NCBI GenBank assembly: GCA_043718025.1
Contig: JAYSWN010000199.1
Coordinates: 1 to 18,932, forward strand
DNA from: Pseudomonadota bacterium
GTDB lineage: Bacteria; Bdellovibrionota; FAC87; UBA2466
DNA length: 18,932 bases
Direction: 5' to 3'
Shown here piece after piece: positions 1-6,982 of this stretch (positions are counted from its first letter, which is position 1; every line of letters begins with the position of its first letter). The position numbers and the translations under genes are program-made. The notes below the pieces were generated by a model, which was not told the DNA's origin, searched no databases, and saw only the letters and a program-made list of their open reading frames with translations.

Positions 1-53
1 CGTGAACCTGGACTTCTTCATTTTCCACTCCCCTTACCGCAATTTTATGCGGG

Positions 54-239
54 TTGTTAGGAAGCTTCAAATGCTCCGATTTTTGGGGCCAACGTCGCCC
101 GGCCCAATGGACTCGAGGGAAGATTGACCTAGGCGAGCTGGCAAGACTTCGTCGGGAAGGCTGGACCTCAAAAGAATTACAGGCCCATTTCGGCTTTGGG
201 AGGTCCAAGATCAATTTGGAGCTTCGAAGACTTCGGTAG
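54..239 (+). CDS. Small HTH-like DNA-binding protein, copy 1 (5' end uncertain, possibly truncated)
   Basis: PAQWT..IDLGELARLRREGWTSKELQAHFGFGRSKINLELRRLR has an HTH-like pattern (GW.SKEL..HFG.GR.KI..EL). It is 37/46 aa identical to ORF 1287-1487 with many synonymous codon differences. Similarity starts only at about nt 97. Confidence 0.55.
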   Translation: MLGSFKCSDFWGQRRPAQWTRGKIDLGELARLRREGWTSKELQAHFGFGRSKINLELRRLR

Positions 240-256
240 GTGGTGAAGTGTGCTGT

Positions 257-1244
257 TTAAAGGCATGTGAGGACCCATGGATTCGCCACCCCACTTAAGT
301 ACACGTAGCGGGAAGGAACATCATTTACAAAGTATCTAGCTTTCACATGGATTCTACAAACGTCGAGAGTCCCGCCACTCTTTTCTTCTCTCGTAATCTC
401 TACTTCCTTTCCCTTGTATCTTTGACGGACTTCCTGCTCAAATTTATCCCATTCCTTCTTGGTTTTTTCCGATCTCTCGGGGGAAGCCTTGTCCGTTTTG
501 TAAATCAGGTTGTCTTCGTAAACACCCAGCTCGAAAGCATACCTTTCTTCCCAAAGTTTTCTTAGTCCGGCATTGCCGATTTCACATTTCCCATCGGAAT
601 ATTTAAGAAAGAGTTTTTCATCGCAAAGAAGATCCGCAAGCATGTCCGTCGTTGTTTCGGTATCCTCGGTGTACAAGACACCGACTAATTGGTCTTTTGC
701 GCAACCCGCACCGATACATTGCCCAACACAATCTAAGCAGGCTTGGCCGCTGTGGCAGGAGGTTATCCAAGGACGAGAATGGGGGAAAACCGTGCGAACG
801 CTTTCAACGATCTTCTTTGTCGGAATAAAATTTGGGCCAATGCAATGCCCTTCTTTGCGGGGGACGCCATGCCCTAGAATAAATAAGGGCATTTCTTTTG
901 AGTTGCCCTCTCCTTTGGAACTCTCCTTCCAGGCATTAAAATCTTCTATCGTCTTTTTGGGTCACTCTGTAATTACAATTTCTCAGCTTTTTTGCAGTCT
1001 TGTCACAGGCTCCGCGTAGGGCACCATCCTGTTGATCGAAAAAACATAAGATGAACACTTCGGTTGAAGCAGGAGCATCCCCACTCTGGGTACGGGTATT
1101 TCCGGGTGATTCATGGAGTTTAGTGACTTCCCGCTTCGTAGGTTGGGAGGATTGGGTAGTGATTGGACCGCTGGCTATTCCACTTAGGGTGGCTAATAGG
1201 CTAAGGGTTGTAAGGTATCCGATCATTCCGATCATTCCGATCAT
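257..1244 (-). pseudogene. Secreted caspase-fold (clan CD, C14-like) cysteine peptidase split by a frameshift into ORFs 936-1244 and 257-892
   Basis: The upstream part has a signal peptide (YLTTLSLLATLSGIASG) and a caspase-like first strand/helix (VFILCFF...LRGACDKTAKKLRNCNYRVT). The downstream frame is open from 961 (PKKTIEDFNAW...) and carries LFILGHG and WITSCHSG (His and Cys 38 aa apart). Removing 1 nt within 939-961 (CCCAAAAA run) gives one ~328-aa ORF. Confidence 0.6.
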
Positions 1245-1253
1245 TCCGATCTT
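1218..1253. repeat. 9-bp tandem repeat (TCCGATCAT)x3 plus one degenerate copy
   Basis: Read directly: tccgatcat tccgatcat tccgatcat tccgatctt. It encodes MIGMIGMIG at the start of the minus-strand peptidase gene. Confidence 0.9.
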
Positions 1254-1286
1254 ACTAATCGGAACGGCGGGTCAAGATCTTGAACT

Positions 1287-1487
1287 CTAAGGAGTATGTC
1301 TACGCAATCGGCGCAACTCCTTGTTAATCTTGGTTCTCCCGAAGCCGAAATGGGCCTGCAATTCCTTCGAATTCCAGCCTGCCCGACGTAGTTTTGCCAG
1401 CTCGTCCAGGTCAATCTGCCTCGCAGTCCATTGGGCCGGGCACTCCCGGGCAATGGTTGATGGTTCGAATACTATCCCGTCACCCAT
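1287..1487 (-). CDS. Small HTH-like DNA-binding protein, copy 2
   Basis: Paralog of 54-239 (IDLDELAKLRRAGWNSKELQAHFGFGRTKINKELRRLR). Its first codons (GDGIVFEP) run through the att-like arm at 1461-1482. Confidence 0.6.
   Translation of the reverse strand: MGDGIVFEPSTIARECPAQWTARQIDLDELAKLRRAGWNSKELQAHFGFGRTKINKELRRLRRHTP
1461..1482. mobile_element. att-like recombination half-site A
   Basis: TGGTTCGAATACTAT (1461-1475) is identical to 2214-2228. TCCCGTCA (1475-1482) is the reverse complement of TGACGGGA at 2244-2251. Confidence 0.5.
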
Positions 1488-1512
1488 CGCGCACCTTATT
1501 TATACCTTTTTT

Positions 1513-1541
1513 ATGGCAAAAATATACTAAAATGATACAAT
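1513..1541 (+). promoter_or_regulatory. Putative sigma70 extended -10 promoter of brnTA (possibly leaderless mRNA)
   Basis: TG-A-TACAAT at 1533-1541 lies in an AT-rich tract, with ATGGCA 17 bp upstream of the hexamer. The GTG start is 6 nt after the -10. Confidence 0.45.
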
Positions 1542-1547
1542 TAAGGG

Positions 1548-1808
1548 GTGAGATTCGAGTTTGATCCAGAAAAGAGTGCGAAGAATAAGAAGAAACATGG
1601 GATCGATTTCGAAGAGGCGCAGGCTTTGTGGGATGGCGCCGTGATGGAATTTCCAGTTTTCACAACCGATGAACCTCGATGGTTGGTCGTTGGAAAAATC
1701 CAAGACGTGCACTGGAGCGCTATCATTACGCGTCGAAAGGAAAACTCGATTCGTATTATTTCGGTAAGGCGTTCTCGCAAAGAGGAGAAAAAACTCTATG
1801 AAAAATAA
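1548..1808 (+). CDS. brnT: BrnT family ribonuclease toxin (type II TA)
   Basis: MRFEFDPEKSAKNKKKHGIDFEEAQALW...EPRWLVVG...IRIISVRRSRKEE..LYE matches the BrnT (DUF497) pattern FE[WF]D..K...N..KHG..FE.A / R.IS.R. Confidence 0.93.
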   Translation: MRFEFDPEKSAKNKKKHGIDFEEAQALWDGAVMEFPVFTTDEPRWLVVGKIQDVHWSAIITRRKENSIRIISVRRSRKEEKKLYEK

Positions 1809-2058
1809 GAAGAAGAAAGAAATTACGGCGTCTGAATTGGATGAAAAATTCGATCGCGGAGAAGATATCTCTGAACATCTCGATCTTTCCCAAGGAGTGA
1901 AGCGGGTAAACGTCGATTTTCCGGCGTGGTCTATTGGAGAACTGGATAAGGAAGCTGAAAGGCTTGGTGTCGCTCGGCAAGCTTTGATCAAGTTGTGGGT
2001 GATTGAAAAGCTTGATCAGCTGACTAAGACGCACGAGAAGAGAAAGACATCTGGTTAA
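1798..2058 (+). CDS. brnA: BrnA/CopG-type ribbon-helix-helix antitoxin
   Basis: ELDEKFDRGEDI..HLDLS...RVNVDFP.W.I..LD.EA.RLGV.RQALIKLW. It overlaps brnT by 11 nt. Confidence 0.9.
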   Translation: MKNKKKKEITASELDEKFDRGEDISEHLDLSQGVKRVNVDFPAWSIGELDKEAERLGVARQALIKLWVIEKLDQLTKTHEKRKTSG

Positions 2059-2090
2059 CAACTTAGTTTCCAGGAAAACGGAGTATTCAA

Positions 2091-2110
2091 GTGCCCGGAG
2101 TTCCGGGCAC
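2091..2110. other. Perfect 9-bp inverted repeat downstream of brnA
   Basis: GTGCCCGGA-GT-TCCGGGCAC with no U-tract, so not a clear intrinsic terminator. Confidence 0.55.
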
Positions 2111-2213
2111 CCACCTTACGGTTCAGAAGATCCCACGCCACAAACCCCGGACTTTTCACACTACTCTCTCAAGCACCCCCGATGCCCGCATGCCCCGGGG
2201 ATGTAACTCTTCG

Positions 2214-2260
2214 TGGTTCGAATACTATTTCGATTGGACCTGATGACGGGACTCGAACCA
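2214..2260. mobile_element. att-like hybrid site B containing a tRNA-3'-end-like half
   Basis: TGGTTCGAATACTAT...TGGACCTGATGACGGGACTCGAACCA. The reverse complement of 2235-2259 reads GGTTCGAGTCCCGTCATCAGGTCCA (T-loop to CCA geometry, same TGG-to-TCGAACC spacing as the tRNA-His, 17/25 identical). The ends TGGTTCGA/TCGAACCA are inverted. Confidence 0.55.
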
Positions 2261-2280
2261 ATACTCCTTTTGGGGATGGC

Positions 2281-2700
2281 CTACGATTTCGAAGACTTAA
2301 CAGAATTCTCCGTTCTATGCGATGGCCGCGCCATTTCTGAATGAATCGCCTCCACTGACTTGATCAAGCCCGTCAGCATCCTTGCGAGTTCATCCAAATT
2401 TGACCGATACGCGGCTAGATCCGTCCCGTTGATGACTCCTGCCTTGGAGAGGACATGTAAGACGGGAATGCATTCAAAGACGGAACCTCTGGCAATCCAG
2501 AAAAATTGGCGTTTGTCGGGCTTATGCCAGCGGCCATTTCCTTCGGCGATGTTTAGGGAGATAGACAGGGAGGCCCGCGAGAACTGATCGAGGAGATTAT
2601 TGGATGCTAGTCCTCGTGATCGTTTGCAAATTTCCTCTGTCGTTTCCAGCCATGTTAGGCTCTTTTTGTAGACGTCTAGGTTTTCGAACAGGAATGACAT
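2281..2700 (-). CDS. Four-helix-bundle protein (23S rRNA-IVP / Avd-like family)
   Basis: FENLDVYKKS...DQFSRASLSISLNIAEG.GR....KRQFFWIARGSVFEC...L.RML.GLIKS is the family signature. A GAGG RBS precedes the ATG. Confidence 0.92.
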   Translation of the reverse strand: MSFLFENLDVYKKSLTWLETTEEICKRSRGLASNNLLDQFSRASLSISLNIAEGNGRWHKPDKRQFFWIARGSVFECIPVLHVLSKAGVINGTDLAAYRSNLDELARMLTGLIKSVEAIHSEMARPSHRTENSVKSSKS

Positions 2701-2769
2701 GGGACCTCGCTTTTGGAACGAGCCTGACTAGTGATGTCCAAATTGGAAAGGGGCTGTGGGGAGCGTGTT

Positions 2770-2895
2770 GAAAATCGCCCGAAAATCGACAATCGAAAAT
2801 AGAGGAAAATTTCGCCGCGACGGCCTCTATTTTCTAACTATTCTCAAGCGATTCTCGATTTTCGATTTTCTAAAATTTCGCGGAGGCGAAATTTT
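2770..2895. repeat. Heptamer-repeat imperfect palindrome plus hairpin between tRNA-His and the four-helix-bundle gene
   Basis: GAAAATC-type units at 2770-2800 are mirrored by GATTTTC/GATTCTC units at 2849-2870. There is a perfect 11-bp IR GAAAATAGAGG (2795-2805)/CCTCTATTTTC (2824-2834) and a 10-bp hairpin AAAATTTCGC-GGAG-GCGAAATTTT (2872-2895). Confidence 0.8.
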
Positions 2896-2973
2896 TGGGG
2901 TGGGCGAGGGGAATCGAACCCCCGACACCCAGAGTCACAGTCTGGTGCTCTAACCAATTGAGCTACGCCCACC
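2896..2973 (-). tRNA. tRNA-His (GUG)
   Basis: Reverse complement: G-GTGGGCG TA GCTC AATTGGTTA GAGC A CCAGA CT GTG AC TCTGG GTGTC GGGGG TTCGATT CCCCT CGCCCAC C CCA. It has G-1, discriminator C, anticodon GTG and an encoded CCA. Confidence 0.98.
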
Positions 2974-3124
2974 ACACACGCCGAGCGCTGCTCACTTTAA
3001 TGCAGCGCTCAGGACGGCGTAAAGTCTCCAAATTGTACACTTTCGTCAAGGCGGAAGGCTTAAACAGCCCGCTTTGCCACGGTTTTGTCGCACCGATTGC
3101 AAACCAAACGTCAGCCTGGGTGGA

Positions 3125-3745
3125 CTACGGAATGGCGGGAGCTAGTGATTTTAAAAGCGGGCCATTAAAGAGGGGCCGACAACTTAAGCCAAAGCGACCC
3201 GAGCAGAATTCTATCAGGCGGAAAGTGCCTCCCACCTTGTCCCATGTTCCTATAGTCTTACCCTGGTAAATGAGATTGTTACCTTCGGTGGGAATGGTGA
3301 GAACTGGGTCTGCCTTGGTGCCACAGCTCTTATTCGACACCTCCACCGCGATGCTTTCAGCTCGTTTAACCAAACGAATGCAATTGAGAGACGGGTCATA
3401 GTTGTTCTTGAGCAACTCAAGCTCAGCCGATGCTTCCAACTTAAGGTTGCCCAGCACCTCGGGGGTAGCCGTTGGCTTTTCGCTTGGCTGCGGAAAAGGC
3501 ACTGGAGATGGCGTTGGCTTGTTTACCACGGCCACGGGCAGCGCCGGCGGCGAGTTTACTTGGGGCACCGCAGGCAAGTACGGAGGTCGGCCCAAGGAGC
3601 AGGGGTTAAATCCCAATGACCCTCCGCCACCAGAAACCGCACCCGGTCGATTATACGAAGGGAAACCAATGTGGTCTGCCTCGCCAAACGAGATCAAAGA
3701 CAACACGCCTAAAAAGATCACAACAAAAAATCGGCTCAAATTCAT
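3125..3745 (-). CDS. Secreted hypothetical protein with Pro-rich linker and Cys-containing C-terminal domain
   Basis: MNLSRFFVVIFLGVLSLISFG signal peptide, Pro-rich segment and several Cys. Start moved to ATG 3745. Confidence 0.65.
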   Translation of the reverse strand: MNLSRFFVVIFLGVLSLISFGEADHIGFPSYNRPGAVSGGGGSLGFNPCSLGRPPYLPAVPQVNSPPALPVAVVNKPTPSPVPFPQPSEKPTATPEVLGNLKLEASAELELLKNNYDPSLNCIRLVKRAESIAVEVSNKSCGTKADPVLTIPTEGNNLIYQGKTIGTWDKVGGTFRLIEFCSGRFGLSCRPLFNGPLLKSLAPAIP

Positions 3746-3867
3746 GCAGAGCACTCATGCACCAAAAGGACCAATTGAATTCGCCGTACGTCTCAGTCAA
3801 GAATACGTATACCAGTTGTGCGGTTGCCGTAATTTGTTCGCCACTTTTTTGTAAGATCCTACACTCT

Positions 3868-4638
3868 ATGAACCCGATCAGAAATTACCTCGTACTCGTC
3901 TCGTTTTTGCTGGCTAGCATCGCCCTGCCCTACGACGGTAAATTATTTACCCTGGCCACCGGCGCGAAATTTTCTAACGATTTGGTACGACGGGGGGCCC
4001 TACTTTACGATGGGGTACAGGCCAGTCCGCTGATTTACCTCGGCATGTTTGATGAACGCATTCAGTTTTTTGGCATGAGCCTTGAGCTTACAGATTTCGT
4101 GGCTTCCGACGTCCTCCGCCTACGCACTAAAATCAACAGCGTAAGCGATCGACCGCTCTTTATGACCGCCGGCCCCCTTACCGCCCGCAATGCCCGCGAA
4201 TCCTCGTGGGAATGGACAACCCGAGTCGAAGCCTTCTTCCCCAATTTCAAAACCACTTGGTACCAAATAGACCTCGCCTACTCCAAAGACATAAAAGCCC
4301 ACGGCGGCCACTATTTAGAACTCACCGCAAGGGTAACTCTGGGCCGTTTTCGTTTTGAAAATGAAAAGCCCTCAATCCAACCACAGTTTTTTGCGACATT
4401 GGCTTGGGGAGACGGTAGACATAACGACTATCTCTACGGTACCAGTGGCCAACTTGGCGGACTAAATCATGTGGCCTACGGCTTTATGCTGGTTTCGCCT
4501 TCGCGCATCGACCCACATTTCCCGGTGGTGACCTTTTACCGATACGACGTACTAGGCGACGCCAACCGGGCGGGATCGCTACTCAGCCAATACGCCGGCT
4601 TCCACTTAGACGTGACCGTCGCATTTGGCATTCTGTAA
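3868..4638 (+). CDS. MipA/OmpV-like outer-membrane beta-barrel protein
   Basis: Signal peptide MNPIRNYLVLVSFLLASIA, amphipathic beta strands, WGDGRHNDYLYG resembling the MipA W.D..Y...Y[YF]G motif, and C-terminal strand FHLDVTVAF. Start moved from 3616 to ATG 3868. Confidence 0.6.
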   Translation: MNPIRNYLVLVSFLLASIALPYDGKLFTLATGAKFSNDLVRRGALLYDGVQASPLIYLGMFDERIQFFGMSLELTDFVASDVLRLRTKINSVSDRPLFMTAGPLTARNARESSWEWTTRVEAFFPNFKTTWYQIDLAYSKDIKAHGGHYLELTARVTLGRFRFENEKPSIQPQFFATLAWGDGRHNDYLYGTSGQLGGLNHVAYGFMLVSPSRIDPHFPVVTFYRYDVLGDANRAGSLLSQYAGFHLDVTVAFGIL

Positions 4639-4663
4639 AACCACCCATTGATAGTCTGCCAGG

Positions 4664-6799
4664 CTACTGGCTTAACCCTTCACTGCGGGGCAACGCTTTC
4701 GGATCCGGCGCTTGACCGCGGAAACGCAGGTAAAGAACATCGGCCTCTTCGGTTCCGCCCCGCTCTAAAATTTCCGTTAAAAAACGTTGGGCCGTAGCCG
4801 CATCGAACACACCGTTCTTTTTGAACATCTCAAAAGCATCGGCCGCTAACACTTCAGACCATTTGTAACTGTAGTACCCGGCAGAATAGCCGCCGGCGAA
4901 AACGTGGCTGAATGTCGTTGATGACGAAAACCCCGGAACCTTAGGCAACAAACGGTAAGGGTCAGTAATGGCTTGCTCCCAAGCTTCCAAATTAGCCACG
5001 CTCACACTTGAAAGATCGCGGCTGTGCCAAGCCATGTCTAAACTGGCCAGCATCACCTGACGCAAACCACGGTAGCCCGCCTGAAAAGTTTCGGCGCGGC
5101 GAACCTTGCCGATGAGCGCTTCGGGAATGCGCTCGCCAGTATCCTTGTGCCTAGCGTAGACATCTAACACTTCGGGTTGAATCGCCCAGTTTTCAAAAAA
5201 CTGAGAGGGCAACTCAACAAAATCCCAGGTTACGCTCGTGCCCGCTAATGACGGTGTTTTCACCCGCGTCATCATCGAATGAAGCCCATGCCCCAGCTCG
5301 TGAAAAATGGTGCGCACCTCATCCCAGGTTAACGTGGCCTCCTGCCCTTCGAGCGGCGGAGTGAGATTGCCCACGTTAAGCACGTGCGGACGGCGATCGG
5401 CTCCGTGATATTCGCCAGCCCCCCGAATATCGGTCATCCACGCCCCTTGACGCTTTGACTCACGCGGAAACGGATCAAAGTAAAAGAGGGATAGAAATTG
5501 ATTGTCTTTGTCGCGCACTTCAAAAGCCTGCACCGTAGCATCCCAAGTGGGTAAATTTGGCTTGGCGACAAACTTCACTCCGTACAAACGGCTCGCCGCA
5601 AAAAAAGCGCCTTGCAACACTCGATCTAAACGAAAGTAGGGGCGCAGATCTTCGCTCTTAAAACTATATTTCTGCTCTTGAAGCTTCTCGGTGTAGTAAC
5701 CAAAATCCCAAGTCTGCAACGGATGGCCCGCCAAGGCCTCTAGCTCGGCCAAATCGCGCTCGGCCGCCGGGCGGTAAACTTTGGTCAAATCATTCAAAAA
5801 AGTTTCAACCGTCTCTGGATTTTTCGCCATCCGATCTTCGAGCTTGAAGTGCGCATAGGTGGCGTAGCCCAAAATGCGGGCTTTCTCCGCCTTGAGTCTG
5901 GCAATCTCGACGAGCACCTGTCGATTGTCGGTGTCACCCGCACTGGCGCGTCCACTGTAGGCTCGCCACATTTTCTCCCGCAAAGAACGGTTATTCAGGT
6001 AACTCAAGAAAGGGATCACGCTTGGAGCGTGGAGAGTGAACACCCACGTCCCCTCCTTTTTTCGCTTTCTGCCCTCTTCGGCCGCAGCCGCAATCGCACT
6101 GTCGGGTAGCCCGGCAAGCTCTTGGGGGTCGGTGATCACTAGCGAATAACCGTTTGTAGCGTCACTCACGTTCTTTTTAAATCGGGTGCCCAACTTGACC
6201 AGCTGATTGTCGATCTCAAGAACTTTGGCCTTCTCAGCCGGGCCCAGCTTTGCTCCGTTACGTACAAAGGCCTGGTAGGTTTTTTTGAGCAGCAGTTTCT
6301 GCTCGCCGTTGAGATTGGCCGAAGCCTGATGTTCGTAGACGTGATTTACCCGTTCAAATAACTTAGGGTCCGTAAAAATCGCATTAGAAAATTTGGTGAA
6401 AAGGGGATCGAGCCGGTCGCCGTATGCTTCGATGCGCGCATTTTTCATAACTGAGCGATAGAGTGAAAAAATCGACATCGCCTGGTCCATGGGTTCCGAA
6501 ACCAGATCTAACGCTTCAATGGTATTGGCGTAGGTGGGGGCCTCTGGACTATTTTTCACCGACTCCACCCGTGCCTGGGAAAGACGCAACCCCTGCAGCA
6601 GGGCCGAAGGAAAGTCGGAGACTTTCAATTTATCAAACGGAAACGCTTCGTGTTCTAATGTGCTGGTCAACAAAAGCGGGTTCTCCTTTAACACTAAACG
6701 ATCTGAACAGGATTTTTGCGGTTCAGCGGCAAACGCCGAAGCCAAAAACCAAAAGGACAGCCCCAATGATAACGAAAAACCCCTATTAATAGTACCCAT
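4664..6799 (-). CDS. dcp: M3 family metallopeptidase (peptidyl-dipeptidase Dcp / oligopeptidase A-like), signal peptide
   Basis: FHELGHGLH zinc motif, WDFVELPSQFFENW, KRQGAWM and FSHVFAGGYSAGYYSYKWSEVL. Probable start is MGTINRG at 6799, with a signal peptide ending ASAFA. Confidence 0.93.
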   Translation of the reverse strand: MGTINRGFSLSLGLSFWFLASAFAAEPQKSCSDRLVLKENPLLLTSTLEHEAFPFDKLKVSDFPSALLQGLRLSQARVESVKNSPEAPTYANTIEALDLVSEPMDQAMSIFSLYRSVMKNARIEAYGDRLDPLFTKFSNAIFTDPKLFERVNHVYEHQASANLNGEQKLLLKKTYQAFVRNGAKLGPAEKAKVLEIDNQLVKLGTRFKKNVSDATNGYSLVITDPQELAGLPDSAIAAAAEEGRKRKKEGTWVFTLHAPSVIPFLSYLNNRSLREKMWRAYSGRASAGDTDNRQVLVEIARLKAEKARILGYATYAHFKLEDRMAKNPETVETFLNDLTKVYRPAAERDLAELEALAGHPLQTWDFGYYTEKLQEQKYSFKSEDLRPYFRLDRVLQGAFFAASRLYGVKFVAKPNLPTWDATVQAFEVRDKDNQFLSLFYFDPFPRESKRQGAWMTDIRGAGEYHGADRRPHVLNVGNLTPPLEGQEATLTWDEVRTIFHELGHGLHSMMTRVKTPSLAGTSVTWDFVELPSQFFENWAIQPEVLDVYARHKDTGERIPEALIGKVRRAETFQAGYRGLRQVMLASLDMAWHSRDLSSVSVANLEAWEQAITDPYRLLPKVPGFSSSTTFSHVFAGGYSAGYYSYKWSEVLAADAFEMFKKNGVFDAATAQRFLTEILERGGTEEADVLYLRFRGQAPDPKALPRSEGLSQ

Positions 6800-6982
6800 A
6801 CTCTGGACTTGCCGCACCGAGCCGCGCGGCGTCAATGCGCCAGACACATTGTGAAGACAGTTTGATTCACTCCAAAAGTGAAAATATTTTGTAACGATCG
6901 AATTTGCTGACTGGGCACGCAAAATATTCTATTTTTAGCCATCGACTCACAAACCAAATTCATAAAACGGCTAGAAAAACAG

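Noticed and set aside
939..961. Canonical -1 programmed frameshift at the A-run
   Set aside because: The -1 frame hits TAG within three codons. Joining the two ORFs needs a +1 shift or a 1-nt deletion.
2235..2259. Second tRNA gene, or exact att duplication of tRNA-His
   Set aside because: Only a T-loop-to-CCA-like fragment with no pairing 5' T-stem or acceptor arm, and 17/25 identity to the tRNA-His end. Kept only as an att-like half-site.
2281..2700. Diversity-generating retroelement (Avd-like gene)
   Set aside because: No reverse transcriptase and no TR/VR pair with adenine-specific mismatches in the window. The HTH paralogs differ at all base types, largely synonymously.
1218..2895. CRISPR array
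   Set aside because: The repeats are 7-15 bp without regularly spaced unique spacers, and there are no cas genes.
2756..3269. ORFs 2756-2953 and 2895-3269 (+)
   Set aside because: They are antisense to tRNA-His and the repeat region; GIEPPT and GNRTPD are tRNA-shadow translations.
3616..3867. N-terminal extension of the MipA-like ORF (and similar extensions at 6922, 10193, 12497, 16107, 17170, 18613)
   Set aside because: Downstream ATGs give proper signal peptides or family N-termini. The extensions overlap neighbouring genes, terminators or intergenic regions.
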